In this document: piece after piece, positions 39,710 through 49,129 of the stretch | Numbering within the stretch: position 1 is the first letter of the stretch | Layout: each line of letters starts with the position of its first letter | DNA from: Methanobacteriota archaeon | Lineage (GTDB): Archaea; Thermoplasmatota; Poseidoniia; Poseidoniales; Poseidoniaceae | DNA length: 64,000 nt | NCBI GenBank assembly: GCA_002718195.1 | Contig: PBDU01000011.1 | Coordinates: forward strand, 91,927 to 155,926 | Reading direction: 5' to 3' | Position numbers and translations under genes: made by a program | The notes under the pieces: model-generated | What the model was told of the DNA's origin: nothing | The model's database searches: none | The model's input: the letters and a program-made list of their open reading frames with translations, nothing else

Positions 39710-40993
39710 ATGTTCATGGATGAAAACCTCGTGCATGGAGACAACTACACGGTCAGGGACATGTCCCTCGCTGAATCTGGAGCGTTAAGGGTAGATTGGG
39801 CAAGATCAAGAATGCCGGTACTAGGTGCGTTAAGAGAAGAGGCACTAGTTACAAAACCACTTGCGGGTATGAGAGTTGCAGGTTGCCTACACGTTACCAA
39901 AGAAACAGCGGTTTTGATTGAGACAATCGTCGCTGCTGGAGCTGAAATTTCCTGGTCTGGATGTAACCCATTGAGCACTCAAGATGACGTAGCAGCGTGG
40001 TTAGCAAGGGAAGGATACAGTATCTATGCATGGCATGGACAAAGTGTTGATGACTTCTACTGGTGCATTGATAAAACCCTTGAATTCAAGCCAACACTAA
40101 CTTTGGATGATGGTGCTGACCTCATTGTCAGAGTACATGGTGACAAATCAGAGTATCTTGCTGATGTAATCGGTGGTACTGAAGAAACCACAACCGGTGT
40201 TCACAGACTAAGAGCAATGGGCGATGCTGGAGACTTGAAGTATCCAGTTATGGCTGTAAATGATGCAGTAACAAAGTGGGACTTTGATAATGTATACGGA
40301 ACCGGGCAATCTACAATCGATGGAATTCTAAGAGCAACAAGCGTTTTGATTGCTGGAAAAACATTCGTAGTCGCAGGGTATGGACATTGTAGCCGTGGAC
40401 TTGCAATGAGAGCAGAAGGAATGGGTGCTAACGTGGTCGTTACCGAAGTAGATCCACTTCCTGCTCTTAGAGCTGTTATGGATGGATACAGAGTAATGAA
40501 GATGGATGATGCAGCAAAGATAGGAGACATTTTCTGTACTGCTACTGGTATGAAAGACGTCCTTGTTGACAGGCACTTTGAATCCATGAAAGATGGAGCA
40601 ATTATCTCCAACACTGGACACTACGATTGTGAGATAAATATCGAGCAGTTGAAGTCCTTGTCTACATCAATAAGAACAATTAGAGCAGACAATGATGAAT
40701 ACACTCTAAACAATGGAAACAAGATATATCTTCTTGCAGATGGAAGGCTTGTCAACCTTGCAGCAGCAGAAGGGCATCCTTCAGAAGTTATGGACATGTC
40801 ATTTGCAAATCAATACCTTTCACTTTGCAGGCTTGCTGCAGAGGCTAAAGATATGGATAACAAGGTCTACGATATCACCCAAGAACAAGATCAGGGTCTT
40901 GCACTGAAGAAATTAGCAACCCTAGGAATCAGCATCGATGAATTGACAGAAGAGCAAATCATTTACCACAAGGATTACACCTCCGGAACATGA
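39710..40993 (+). CDS. ahcY: adenosylhomocysteinase
   Basis: GCLHVTKET, CNPLSTQD, EETTTG, FDNVYGTGQS, GRLVNL, GHPSEVMD; start may be 39716. Confidence 0.97.
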   Translation: MFMDENLVHGDNYTVRDMSLAESGALRVDWARSRMPVLGALREEALVTKPLAGMRVAGCLHVTKETAVLIETIVAAGAEISWSGCNPLSTQDDVAAWLAREGYSIYAWHGQSVDDFYWCIDKTLEFKPTLTLDDGADLIVRVHGDKSEYLADVIGGTEETTTGVHRLRAMGDAGDLKYPVMAVNDAVTKWDFDNVYGTGQSTIDGILRATSVLIAGKTFVVAGYGHCSRGLAMRAEGMGANVVVTEVDPLPALRAVMDGYRVMKMDDAAKIGDIFCTATGMKDVLVDRHFESMKDGAIISNTGHYDCEINIEQLKSLSTSIRTIRADNDEYTLNNGNKIYLLADGRLVNLAAAEGHPSEVMDMSFANQYLSLCRLAAEAKDMDNKVYDITQEQDQGLALKKLATLGISIDELTEEQIIYHKDYTSGT

Positions 40994-41062
40994 TTTGGCT
41001 TAGTTGGAAACTCTGTGATTAGGAATAAGAAAAACATGGATTTCAATTTATGAAACCATTCA

Positions 41063-42832
41063 TCACAAGTCGATTTCATAGTTTTTCCAAAATTCTTCAC
41101 TCAGAGTTATCGAACTTCCAACCGCCGTTCTTGAAATACCTGAAGATTTGTTCTTAAGTCGAATTCTCATCTTGTATTTTCCAAAGTCAATTTCAATTGT
41201 ATTACTAACTCCACCAGTTTTCTTTACATCTACTATTTTGGTTGGAATTGAGGTTTTTTTGGCATTCAATCTTCCTTGAAAATCGATAGCATGTAAACCA
41301 CAGTGCCCTCCTCCTCTTGCCTGATAAAATGGATGGGAACCCAATGCTTTTTCATGAAGTGCTCTGATAATTCCGCTTGGGTCGGAATTATGTAGTTCGT
41401 TTACCATATCAATGAATGCATCTCTTATTGGACTAATCACCTTCTTTTCTTTCACACCATCAGGTAAATCGGAAAACTTAGTATATTGTTGTTTTAGGTC
41501 TTCCAATAAATCATGAATTTCTTTCAAATCAGTTGAGAATTTTTTTGTAACATTTATGCCGCCAAATTCCTTCAGCATACCTGGACCAAATCTAAAACTC
41601 CTTGTTTCCGGATGTACAAAACCGTCTGCATACTTACAGGAAATCCCATATTTGCTTTTTTCACCTTTTGTAATTTGTAAGTCCGAAGGATTGTTCCTTG
41701 ATTGTTTTAATCCAGTTATGCCTTCGCTTTGTTTTTCTAATGCGATGACTTTCTTCAAGATTTTAGTTGCCTGCCCGTACAATTTTTTGTAATCATCGTG
41801 ATGTTTGTGATTTTTATGTATATCAGTAAATCTCTTGTTTCGCTCATCAGTTGGATTTATTCTTGTTAATCCTTGGTCAATTGCAGCAAAATAGCAGGCA
41901 GTCTCCCACCTGTCTCCATTAGACACTTGAGCTCCCCCAGCCATCAGTTCTACTTGTATGGGTTCTTTTTCATCGCTCTTTTGGTATGAAAATGCTTGTG
42001 AATAAAGGAGTATTTCTGAGGACTCACCCATGTTTTCATCGCTTACGTTTTTCATTCCATAAGTCCAATCGACTTCATCTACGCCAAAATTAGGGAATGC
42101 ATCGATCACTTTCTGATCGTTATTGTAAGAAATCAAAATTTTCCATCCCTTTTTGTTGAGTGATTCACATAGTTTAGCTAGGCGAACATGATCGAAATCT
42201 TTGTGCATGTCTCCTTTTGTTCCATACAAGCTTGAGGCTTGATTTGAAAGCCAATAAGGTGGGTCCAGATAGATCATTTTGCCTTCGGGAGATTCTTCAA
42301 TCAATGCTTCCAGAACTTCGAAAGCATCAGCATGGGATACCTCGATGTTAGGTGCATGAAATTCTCTTAGACGCTGTATGGAAGATGGAGTAAATCGTTT
42401 GTGACCTGGCGACATTCCGCCACTCATGGTTGATCCCGAAAATGAAGAGCGATTGATTACATAGAAAAATGCAGCCAGTTTATCTTCGTCAACATCGTTA
42501 TTCTGAATACGTTCTTTGATTGCATTGAAACGCTCCTTGGAGATTGGGTGTTCTTTTTCTACTGATTGAGCAACTACCTGGGGTGCTTGCAGGGTCTTCT
42601 GCCAAAAAGTCGCTAAAGGCAAGTAAAGATCGCTTGCTTTAACATTTCGACTGATTGATTTTGAAGCCCAAGCGATTTCGACAGACCCTCCACCAAAAAA
42701 AGGTGAAATCAGAGTTGTTGCTTCTTGCTTTTCAAGGTGTGGAAGAATAATTGGTATCGCTCTAGTTTTCCCACCAGGATACCTAAGGATGCTTTTTTGA
42801 CTCTGAACAGGGCTGAAACGAGTCTGCATCAA
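41063..42832 (-). CDS. Dam-type (D12 class) N6-adenine DNA methyltransferase fused to HaeIII-like PD-(D/E)XK endonuclease domain
   Basis: RYPGGK, SPFFGGGS, YLDPPY in aa 1-280; C-half NGDRWE, PSD..GISCK, LGSHPFY, IPTKI, RLKNKSS. MTase call is firm, nuclease call is moderate. Confidence 0.75.
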   Translation of the reverse strand: MMQTRFSPVQSQKSILRYPGGKTRAIPIILPHLEKQEATTLISPFFGGGSVEIAWASKSISRNVKASDLYLPLATFWQKTLQAPQVVAQSVEKEHPISKERFNAIKERIQNNDVDEDKLAAFFYVINRSSFSGSTMSGGMSPGHKRFTPSSIQRLREFHAPNIEVSHADAFEVLEALIEESPEGKMIYLDPPYWLSNQASSLYGTKGDMHKDFDHVRLAKLCESLNKKGWKILISYNNDQKVIDAFPNFGVDEVDWTYGMKNVSDENMGESSEILLYSQAFSYQKSDEKEPIQVELMAGGAQVSNGDRWETACYFAAIDQGLTRINPTDERNKRFTDIHKNHKHHDDYKKLYGQATKILKKVIALEKQSEGITGLKQSRNNPSDLQITKGEKSKYGISCKYADGFVHPETRSFRFGPGMLKEFGGINVTKKFSTDLKEIHDLLEDLKQQYTKFSDLPDGVKEKKVISPIRDAFIDMVNELHNSDPSGIIRALHEKALGSHPFYQARGGGHCGLHAIDFQGRLNAKKTSIPTKIVDVKKTGGVSNTIEIDFGKYKMRIRLKNKSSGISRTAVGSSITLSEEFWKNYEIDL

Positions 42833-43032
42833 AAAGAAACCAAGGTCGACGATATATCAACTTAATTCTCTAAATATAAATTCCGTGAAATCTTATTGTA
42901 CTCCCTTAGTCAATAGGAAATCTTTGATTGGACAGATTAATTGGTTACTGAATCCCGTCACCAATGAGTTGCGAAACATCACTCAAACACCAATATCGGA
43001 ATCAATAATAAGGGACTTGCTTACGAAATCGC

Positions 43033-43812
43033 ATGCCGGTTGAACAAAAATCGAAATCTTCTAAGAAACCGGGATTGTTGACTCGTGCTAAAAATCGTTT
43101 TTTGTTGTTCACTGAAAAGAAAAATTCTGCAATGTCGGTAACTCACAAAGATGCAATGAAGTGGTTTGAGATACGAAAATCCGGCTACGAGGATTTAATT
43201 TCAGCAATTGAACCATATGTCGATCAAGATTCTGTTATTTTTGATGTAGGGGCTAATGTTGGTTTCTTTTCTCATATGCTAGCGGAGAAAATCGGGCTAA
43301 AGGGATCATTATACCTTTACGAGCCTCTACCACACTTGGCAAAACTATGCAAGGAAACTTTCGATGATACTTCTTATGAGGCAAATGTATTCGATTACGG
43401 TCTTAGTGACAGCGATTCAGAGGTCGACTTGTTCGTAGCCAGCAACGGTAACCTTGGTTGGAATACAATCATCCAATCAAAGGCATCAGAAGACATGGTA
43501 AAGGTTCAAATTAAACTCAAAAAATTCGAGAATTGTAAGCCCGATGTCATACCGACATTCATCAAAATTGATGTCGAAGGTTCAGAATACATGGTTTTGC
43601 GCGGGATGCTTGACTCATTAAAAGAGTGGACTAAACTTCCTGTTATCCTTTGTGAGGTTGGATGGGGAACTTCTCACCCGAATTGGGAGGAGGAACTCAA
43701 AGTGTTCAATGAATTAAAGAAAATTGGATATTCTTTCTGCAATTTAGAAGGGACAGAGATTGATGAAAGTTCAATTTCAGGTACAACTGATATCCTTCTA
43801 ATCCCAAATTAA
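43033..43812 (+). CDS. FkbM family methyltransferase
   Basis: FDVGANVG, YEP, IKIDVEGSE. Confidence 0.9.
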   Translation: MPVEQKSKSSKKPGLLTRAKNRFLLFTEKKNSAMSVTHKDAMKWFEIRKSGYEDLISAIEPYVDQDSVIFDVGANVGFFSHMLAEKIGLKGSLYLYEPLPHLAKLCKETFDDTSYEANVFDYGLSDSDSEVDLFVASNGNLGWNTIIQSKASEDMVKVQIKLKKFENCKPDVIPTFIKIDVEGSEYMVLRGMLDSLKEWTKLPVILCEVGWGTSHPNWEEELKVFNELKKIGYSFCNLEGTEIDESSISGTTDILLIPN

Positions 43813-43845
43813 ACTGTCCACGCAGAGGGTAGCCTATGAAACAAG

Positions 43846-44235
43846 TTAATCATAATCTGATCCGTCCCAGCTTGAGCGACTAATTTCAGAGCCCCCTTCT
43901 CCAAAGCTAACCTTTCCAATCGAAACTAAATATTGGATAAATAAGCACACAGTGCCGGCAACCAAATACAGCCTAAAAAAACCCCGCCCCGCCTCAGTGG
44001 AGATACCTCCTACATCAGTAGGCATTACCAAACTCATAACATAAAACAACAAAGCTAAAACAAGAAATGTTTTATTTTTCTTATCGTTTTCTTGTTTTAT
44101 TTTATCCCGTTCAGTAATTGCCCTTTCAGTAGCTAAAATAATTTCATTTTCTCTGTCTAATTCTGATCCATTTGTTGATACTTTTTGTTCCAAATGATGA
44201 GATTCATCATCTTCTACTTCCCACCAGGTTTCCAT
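43846..44235 (-). CDS. small hypothetical membrane protein (2 TM)
   Basis: AT-rich ORF with two hydrophobic helices. Confidence 0.55.
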   Translation of the reverse strand: METWWEVEDDESHHLEQKVSTNGSELDRENEIILATERAITERDKIKQENDKKNKTFLVLALLFYVMSLVMPTDVGGISTEAGRGFFRLYLVAGTVCLFIQYLVSIGKVSFGEGGSEISRSSWDGSDYD

Positions 44236-44393
44236 ACTAGTTATATTACTCCAATATTTTTTATAAATCTAGGTACGAATTAAGGGTTTTATGAATGAAT
44301 AAAAGCGTCTTTGCACAAACCCAATGACTCGTTTGGGTCAAATCAAAGGGCTTGCAGTGGGTCTTTTCAGATGTCAAACTAGGATTGAATAAA

Positions 44394-45434
44394 TCATTCT
44401 TCTTCATATCCCTCTAACTCAGGATTCTCTTCAACATCCCAGAAAGTGCCATCTTCGGATTTGTGGGAGTCAAAATCTGGAAGATTTGGTTTCCAATTAG
44501 CAGGTAACTTCCTGTTGATTTCTACAATTTTCACTGCTCTTTCCTGATATGCTCTTGGTGTCTTTCCAAGGAGAATGATGTATAATTTTGAGATTCTGAT
44601 ATCCTCTGGAATTACCTTCTTTCCAGTTGAAGCTTCCACATCCATTGCTCTTAGTAAGTTAAATGATGGTTTGTTGAGTTGTTGATACCATCTATTCGAG
44701 AGTCTAGTACCCGTAACAACGGTGGCTGCAATCACTAAACTCACTATGCACAATCCACCTATGCCAGATCCAGTAATGTCTCCTGAAAGCAGAATGATGA
44801 ACAATAGCAATGGTGCCACTGTCAAAAGGAAAACAGTATTCTGAGATATTGGACCTTTATTCATTCTAACTCTAATTACATCCCAGCCATCATGCCCTTT
44901 CTGCCATGGCTTGAAATGTTCATTTGGGTTCTGGGCAAGGGCTTTTCTTGTCATTCTTACAAGTTGCATAATCCTAGCATTTTGGCTAGCACCAACGCTC
45001 AAATTTTCATCAAAAATTGAATCCAATCTCTCTCCTGCTTCTTTGTATAGTCCCATTTCACTAAGTAATGATGCCTGCTCAACTATCGGTGTTGCTTCGT
45101 CAGGACCATATTTCCTACATTCCTGCCACCAGTCAATCGCTTGTTCCCACATACCAAGGATTCTCATCAAATGGGCTCCTCTTGCCCACATCTCGGTTCG
45201 TTCTGGTGATAATTTCACAATTTTTCTGACTATTGCAAGATTTTTCGAGGTATTTGCTAGATTAGTTGATTCTCTAGGTCCAGGCATTAGAGCATCTGAC
45301 AGGACCCCCATTGCATCTAGATGCTCTGGGTCCAACGCAAGGGCTTTGTTTGCTAACTCAATTGCTTTCTCGTTTTCAAGAGCCTCAAGTGCCTCGAGAG
45401 CATCGAGGTATAGGTCATTAGCATCCATGCTCAT
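44394..45434 (-). CDS. TPR-repeat membrane protein
   Basis: AIELANKALALDPEH, AIDWWQEC TPR-like helices; two TM segments. Confidence 0.7.
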   Translation of the reverse strand: MSMDANDLYLDALEALEALENEKAIELANKALALDPEHLDAMGVLSDALMPGPRESTNLANTSKNLAIVRKIVKLSPERTEMWARGAHLMRILGMWEQAIDWWQECRKYGPDEATPIVEQASLLSEMGLYKEAGERLDSIFDENLSVGASQNARIMQLVRMTRKALAQNPNEHFKPWQKGHDGWDVIRVRMNKGPISQNTVFLLTVAPLLLFIILLSGDITGSGIGGLCIVSLVIAATVVTGTRLSNRWYQQLNKPSFNLLRAMDVEASTGKKVIPEDIRISKLYIILLGKTPRAYQERAVKIVEINRKLPANWKPNLPDFDSHKSEDGTFWDVEENPELEGYEEE

Positions 45435-46294
45435 TCCCTCTTTTCGTACTTCTTAGGTTTGATTTCTTTAGGACCAAGATTGTGTGCATGACCACCTTTC
45501 TTGCCCTTAGCCTTCCTGAATGTTTTAGCGGGCTTTTTCTCGAATGTTGGCTTATTCTTCTGCCATGGTGATTTTGCAGTTTGCCCACCTCTGTCAGAAT
45601 CTCTATCCCTGCTTTGTCTAGCGCCACCGGATTTTCCACGATAATCGCCTCCTCTGCGCTCTTGTCCATATCTACCACGGCTTTGACTGCCTCCTCTTCT
45701 ATCAGAGCCTCTAGAGCCTCTTGAACCGTATCGGTCTCCACCTCTATTGTCGCTTGATCTGCGATTTCTTGATCTGTCTGAACCACCTCTTCTATCATCA
45801 GAGCCTCTGCTTCTGTAACGATCTGAGGCTCCGCTTCGACTGCCTCTATTGCTGTCTCCTCGGTAATCTCTTCCGCCACGGTCGTTTCTGTTGCTTCGGT
45901 AATCTCTGCCTCCACGGTCATTTCTGTTGCTTCGGTAATCTCTGCCGCCACGGTCATTTCTTCCTCTATTGCCATAACTGCTTCCACGATCACCTGAGCG
46001 CCTATCTCTATCGTAGCCTCGACTGTCTCTGCCACCTCTTCTCTGGTCAGGTTCACGTCTTCTGATTATGATTTTTTGACCGATCATTGCATTAATGTCT
46101 GCTTTGAAATCTAGGTGAGCAATGTGAATTAAAGGGTCATCAGCATTGCAAAGAACTGAATCTACTTTTCCTACATAATCTTCTGAGTTTTGAAGAATCA
46201 TGATTGAGCCGAGGGCTGGACTTGAGCCAGAAAAAGAAGCTAGCAAACCATTTTCATGGCTTTTTCTTTCGATAACTCCTTCAAACATGCCCAT
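45431..46294 (-). CDS. Gar1/Naf1-like RNA-binding protein with long RGG/RD/RS-rich tail
   Basis: N-terminal ~80 aa G.LL..P.LG..YVGKVDSV...DP resembles archaeal Gar1; ~170 aa Arg/Gly/Asp/Ser tail. Confidence 0.6.
   Translation of the reverse strand: MGMFEGVIERKSHENGLLASFSGSSPALGSIMILQNSEDYVGKVDSVLCNADDPLIHIAHLDFKADINAMIGQKIIIRRREPDQRRGGRDSRGYDRDRRSGDRGSSYGNRGRNDRGGRDYRSNRNDRGGRDYRSNRNDRGGRDYRGDSNRGSRSGASDRYRSRGSDDRRGGSDRSRNRRSSDNRGGDRYGSRGSRGSDRRGGSQSRGRYGQERRGGDYRGKSGGARQSRDRDSDRGGQTAKSPWQKNKPTFEKKPAKTFRKAKGKKGGHAHNLGPKEIKPKKYEKRE
45861..45960 (-). repeat. 36-bp coding tandem repeat, ~3 copies (RNDRGGRDYRSN)
   Basis: CGGTAATCTC recurs at 45861, 45897, 45933. Confidence 0.85.
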
Positions 46295-46337
46295 TCCTCA
46301 ACGAAGCCTAATGCCGATTAAATTTGATAGTGTCGGT

Positions 46338-48260
46338 CTAGTTTTGATGTCTGCGTGCAATAAACAGACCTGCTAGAAGCACACTTAGCATTGTTGAGAT
46401 TACGCCTACGTTTGGTATTCCTTTTTGTGGCTCCTCAACGCTGATGTCTTGAGGCTCTTCGGTTTGTTCTTCACTGCCATCGCTTACAAGCACTGTTTTT
46501 GAACCAAGTAACCCACTATCATCCTCTGCCTTGATGACCACCTCATAATCTTCGATTCCTTGTTGAACGCAGGTGATTGTGGATACTTCTGTTTCCCAAG
46601 AATTCCCTTGAATTTGGAAGTTAGAGGAAGTCCCACCACATAGGCTCCATGTCATGGTTACTTGTTGCCCCTCAGGATCAATTACTGTTCCTGACATAGT
46701 AAAAGCAGTCTTCTGGGCATTCCAAGTTCCATATTCACCGTTTAAGTTGGTCCTAATTTCAACGGTAGGAGGGGAATTAGGTAACTCAAGCAGGAAATCA
46801 AATTCGTAATCCCATGGAATGATGTTATCACCAGTTACTCTTGTGAATATATTGAAATCTCCAGGTGAAAGTCCATCGGTGGTAACACTCACTGCAATGT
46901 CTGAATTAACTACCACAGTCAGAATCTCTCCAGCAACATCACCTTGCTTGGATTTAACCGCTAGAGTGTAATCACTTGCTAATCCCTTGTCGGTTAGTTG
47001 GAAATCGACCATTTTAGTTTCAGAATTGAACTCCCCTGTTGCTGTGAAAGGAATTCCAATAGTCCAATTCCTAGTCTCATCAGTAGTCAATCCGTATTGG
47101 TCGATTAGGCCACATTCCATCTGAGCAGTTTCTGTACTTCCCTTGGTAATGATGACATCAAAGTCTTGGTTTTGGGTTAACTCCCATCCAGTTTGATCAA
47201 ACGAACAATTTAGACTCCATCCCTGGTCATCGAATCCCCAGTTTTGAACGGTACCTCCGTCCAATAGTTCAAACTCAGTACCTTCAAGTCCAGAATACAT
47301 GAAAATATTACCAGATGAAGGCGATGAGGAAGACCACTGTGGGCCTGAGTTAAATTGTGGCTCTTCGGTGGTAAAATCAAGATAGATGAATCTCTCCATA
47401 GGTAAGTCTTGAAGATTGTAGACGACATCCATCAAGATTTCTAATGATCCATCACCAAGATATTGAGTGGTAGGTTGATTTATTGCAACGGATTGCAATC
47501 CGTTATCTAGTACCTCAAAATTTGCCAATCTCAAACCGTTTGTAGGTGGGAAAACAATTCTGACATCTGCATCAACCATCGCTGTACTATTGATTGTCAT
47601 TGTAAAATTTGACGCACCACTATTTGGTAATTTAGTAAACTCGACGTTTTTCTCCTGCCCGTCTTCAAGGGTTAAATCAATCTCCAAATTATCTGTAGCA
47701 GATACTGGGACTTCTTTGCAACTAGCAGACGCTCCTATGTTTGTGCACTGTTTTTTCTCTGGATGATCCTCTGGTATGAGATTCTGCTCATCCAATGCAA
47801 TCCCATCTTCAAAGAAACTTAGGTTGTTTAAATCCTCAGAACTTCTATCTAAGTTTCCTTCTGTAATTGCTAGCCTTGTTTCCATATCTGCTACGCACAT
47901 TGGACCAACCGCTCTGACCGCATCTCTTTCGTCAGTAGAAATCCATGAGTTATTTCCACCATGGAATCCATCGAATAATCCGTCCAAATCCTTTCTTACG
48001 CTTGCAGCGTTGGATACGTTAGCAAAAGCAGTAGCTTCATATTGACCACTAGCCCAGTCATCGTTGATTTCTATGTTGAAGTTAGCAAAATCATAGGTAA
48101 ACAAGTCTTCGAACTTGTATCCAGTACAGTCTACACTGTCGATTTGTCTTCCTTCTGCTTTTGACTGAGCGGCCTCAGGTTCTAAATTTTCAAACTTTGC
48201 GCTAAAAGCCAAAATTAGCATTATGGTTACCATAAACAGGGCCGAGATAGTCCTCTTCAT
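46338..48260 (-). CDS. secreted/surface protein with Ig-like domains and C-terminal sorting-type anchor
   Basis: Signal peptide; NSPP..DPEG Ig-like motif; acidic linker, GIPNVG + TM + RRH terminus. Confidence 0.75.
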   Translation of the reverse strand: MKRTISALFMVTIMLILAFSAKFENLEPEAAQSKAEGRQIDSVDCTGYKFEDLFTYDFANFNIEINDDWASGQYEATAFANVSNAASVRKDLDGLFDGFHGGNNSWISTDERDAVRAVGPMCVADMETRLAITEGNLDRSSEDLNNLSFFEDGIALDEQNLIPEDHPEKKQCTNIGASASCKEVPVSATDNLEIDLTLEDGQEKNVEFTKLPNSGASNFTMTINSTAMVDADVRIVFPPTNGLRLANFEVLDNGLQSVAINQPTTQYLGDGSLEILMDVVYNLQDLPMERFIYLDFTTEEPQFNSGPQWSSSSPSSGNIFMYSGLEGTEFELLDGGTVQNWGFDDQGWSLNCSFDQTGWELTQNQDFDVIITKGSTETAQMECGLIDQYGLTTDETRNWTIGIPFTATGEFNSETKMVDFQLTDKGLASDYTLAVKSKQGDVAGEILTVVVNSDIAVSVTTDGLSPGDFNIFTRVTGDNIIPWDYEFDFLLELPNSPPTVEIRTNLNGEYGTWNAQKTAFTMSGTVIDPEGQQVTMTWSLCGGTSSNFQIQGNSWETEVSTITCVQQGIEDYEVVIKAEDDSGLLGSKTVLVSDGSEEQTEEPQDISVEEPQKGIPNVGVISTMLSVLLAGLFIARRHQN

Positions 48261-48283
48261 GACTAACGCTATGACCTCTTAGA

Positions 48284-48295
48284 CTTCAAACCCTT
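48284..48295 (-). promoter_or_regulatory. BRE/TATA-like promoter of the 48260 gene
   Basis: AAGGGTTTGAAG on minus strand about 25 nt upstream of ATG. Confidence 0.45.
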
Positions 48296-48310
48296 GCCTT
48301 GTTAAAGTCC

Positions 48311-49129
48311 TCAAGGGTTCAATCTTTCAAATCTATTAAAGAAAATGAACGCTGGTAAAAGTGTCCAAATAATCGATGCCAAAAATGGTAAAATTGGATT
48401 AATTCCTCTATCTATCTGAGGCATTCTTGCCTCTAAGAGATGATGGTAGACTCCGTTTGGAGAAAATAGGTCCATAATTGCTTCAAATCTAATCCATGCC
48501 TCACTTGCACCGACTTCGATACCAGATAAGCCTGCAATAACAGACGTGACCAGTAGCCACAGCATTGTGAATGTAAACCACATTCCGATACCGATAGATA
48601 TGGAAGAAGATTGATCTTTTGCGAATGAGGATGCAAGTAAAGAGAATTGAACATACCATAAAACGACTAACTCTGTAGCTATAAAATGCGAAATAAGGTC
48701 CATCATTGCAGGAGATTCGTCCATTCTAGTTGCTAAAATTACGTAAGAAATTATGTTCAAGATTGCCACAGGTATGCCTATACTAAGCCAGTACCCGAGC
48801 AACATAGCAATCGCTTGAATTCTACGAGGACATGGTTGAGAAAGTTTGACTTCCAAAACTCCACTTGCCCTATCTCTGCTTACGCCATCATAAGAGATAA
48901 TCACGCCTGCTAGAGTAGCTGAGAGCAGAACGAATAGGGATGAAACAAACAATATGTCCATCGGAGTTTCTAGGGGAATATCAGCTGGCAGAACAGTATT
49001 AGCATCTGTAAGACCCCAGACTGATCCGACGATGCACAGTGCAAGGACTGGAATTGTGAGGTACATCCTCACCGAGAACATCTGTTCATTTATTTTGGCA
49101 AAAACCAAATTTTTCAGAGGAGAGCTCAT
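48311..49129 (-). CDS. ABC-2 type exporter permease (NosY-like)
   Basis: YDGVSRDRASGVL...LSQP motif, six TM. Confidence 0.85.
   Translation of the reverse strand: MSSPLKNLVFAKINEQMFSVRMYLTIPVLALCIVGSVWGLTDANTVLPADIPLETPMDILFVSSLFVLLSATLAGVIISYDGVSRDRASGVLEVKLSQPCPRRIQAIAMLLGYWLSIGIPVAILNIISYVILATRMDESPAMMDLISHFIATELVVLWYVQFSLLASSFAKDQSSSISIGIGMWFTFTMLWLLVTSVIAGLSGIEVGASEAWIRFEAIMDLFSPNGVYHHLLEARMPQIDRGINPILPFLASIIWTLLPAFIFFNRFERLNP

Noticed and set aside
45861..45960. Possible CRISPR array (36-nt periodicity)
   Set aside because: Head-to-tail repeats with no unique spacers, in frame within a CDS, no cas genes
45418..46056. 212-aa alternative-frame ORF rich in E/A/V/T
   Set aside because: Shadow frame of the RGG-repeat gene; low-complexity purine-rich DNA lacks stops in that frame
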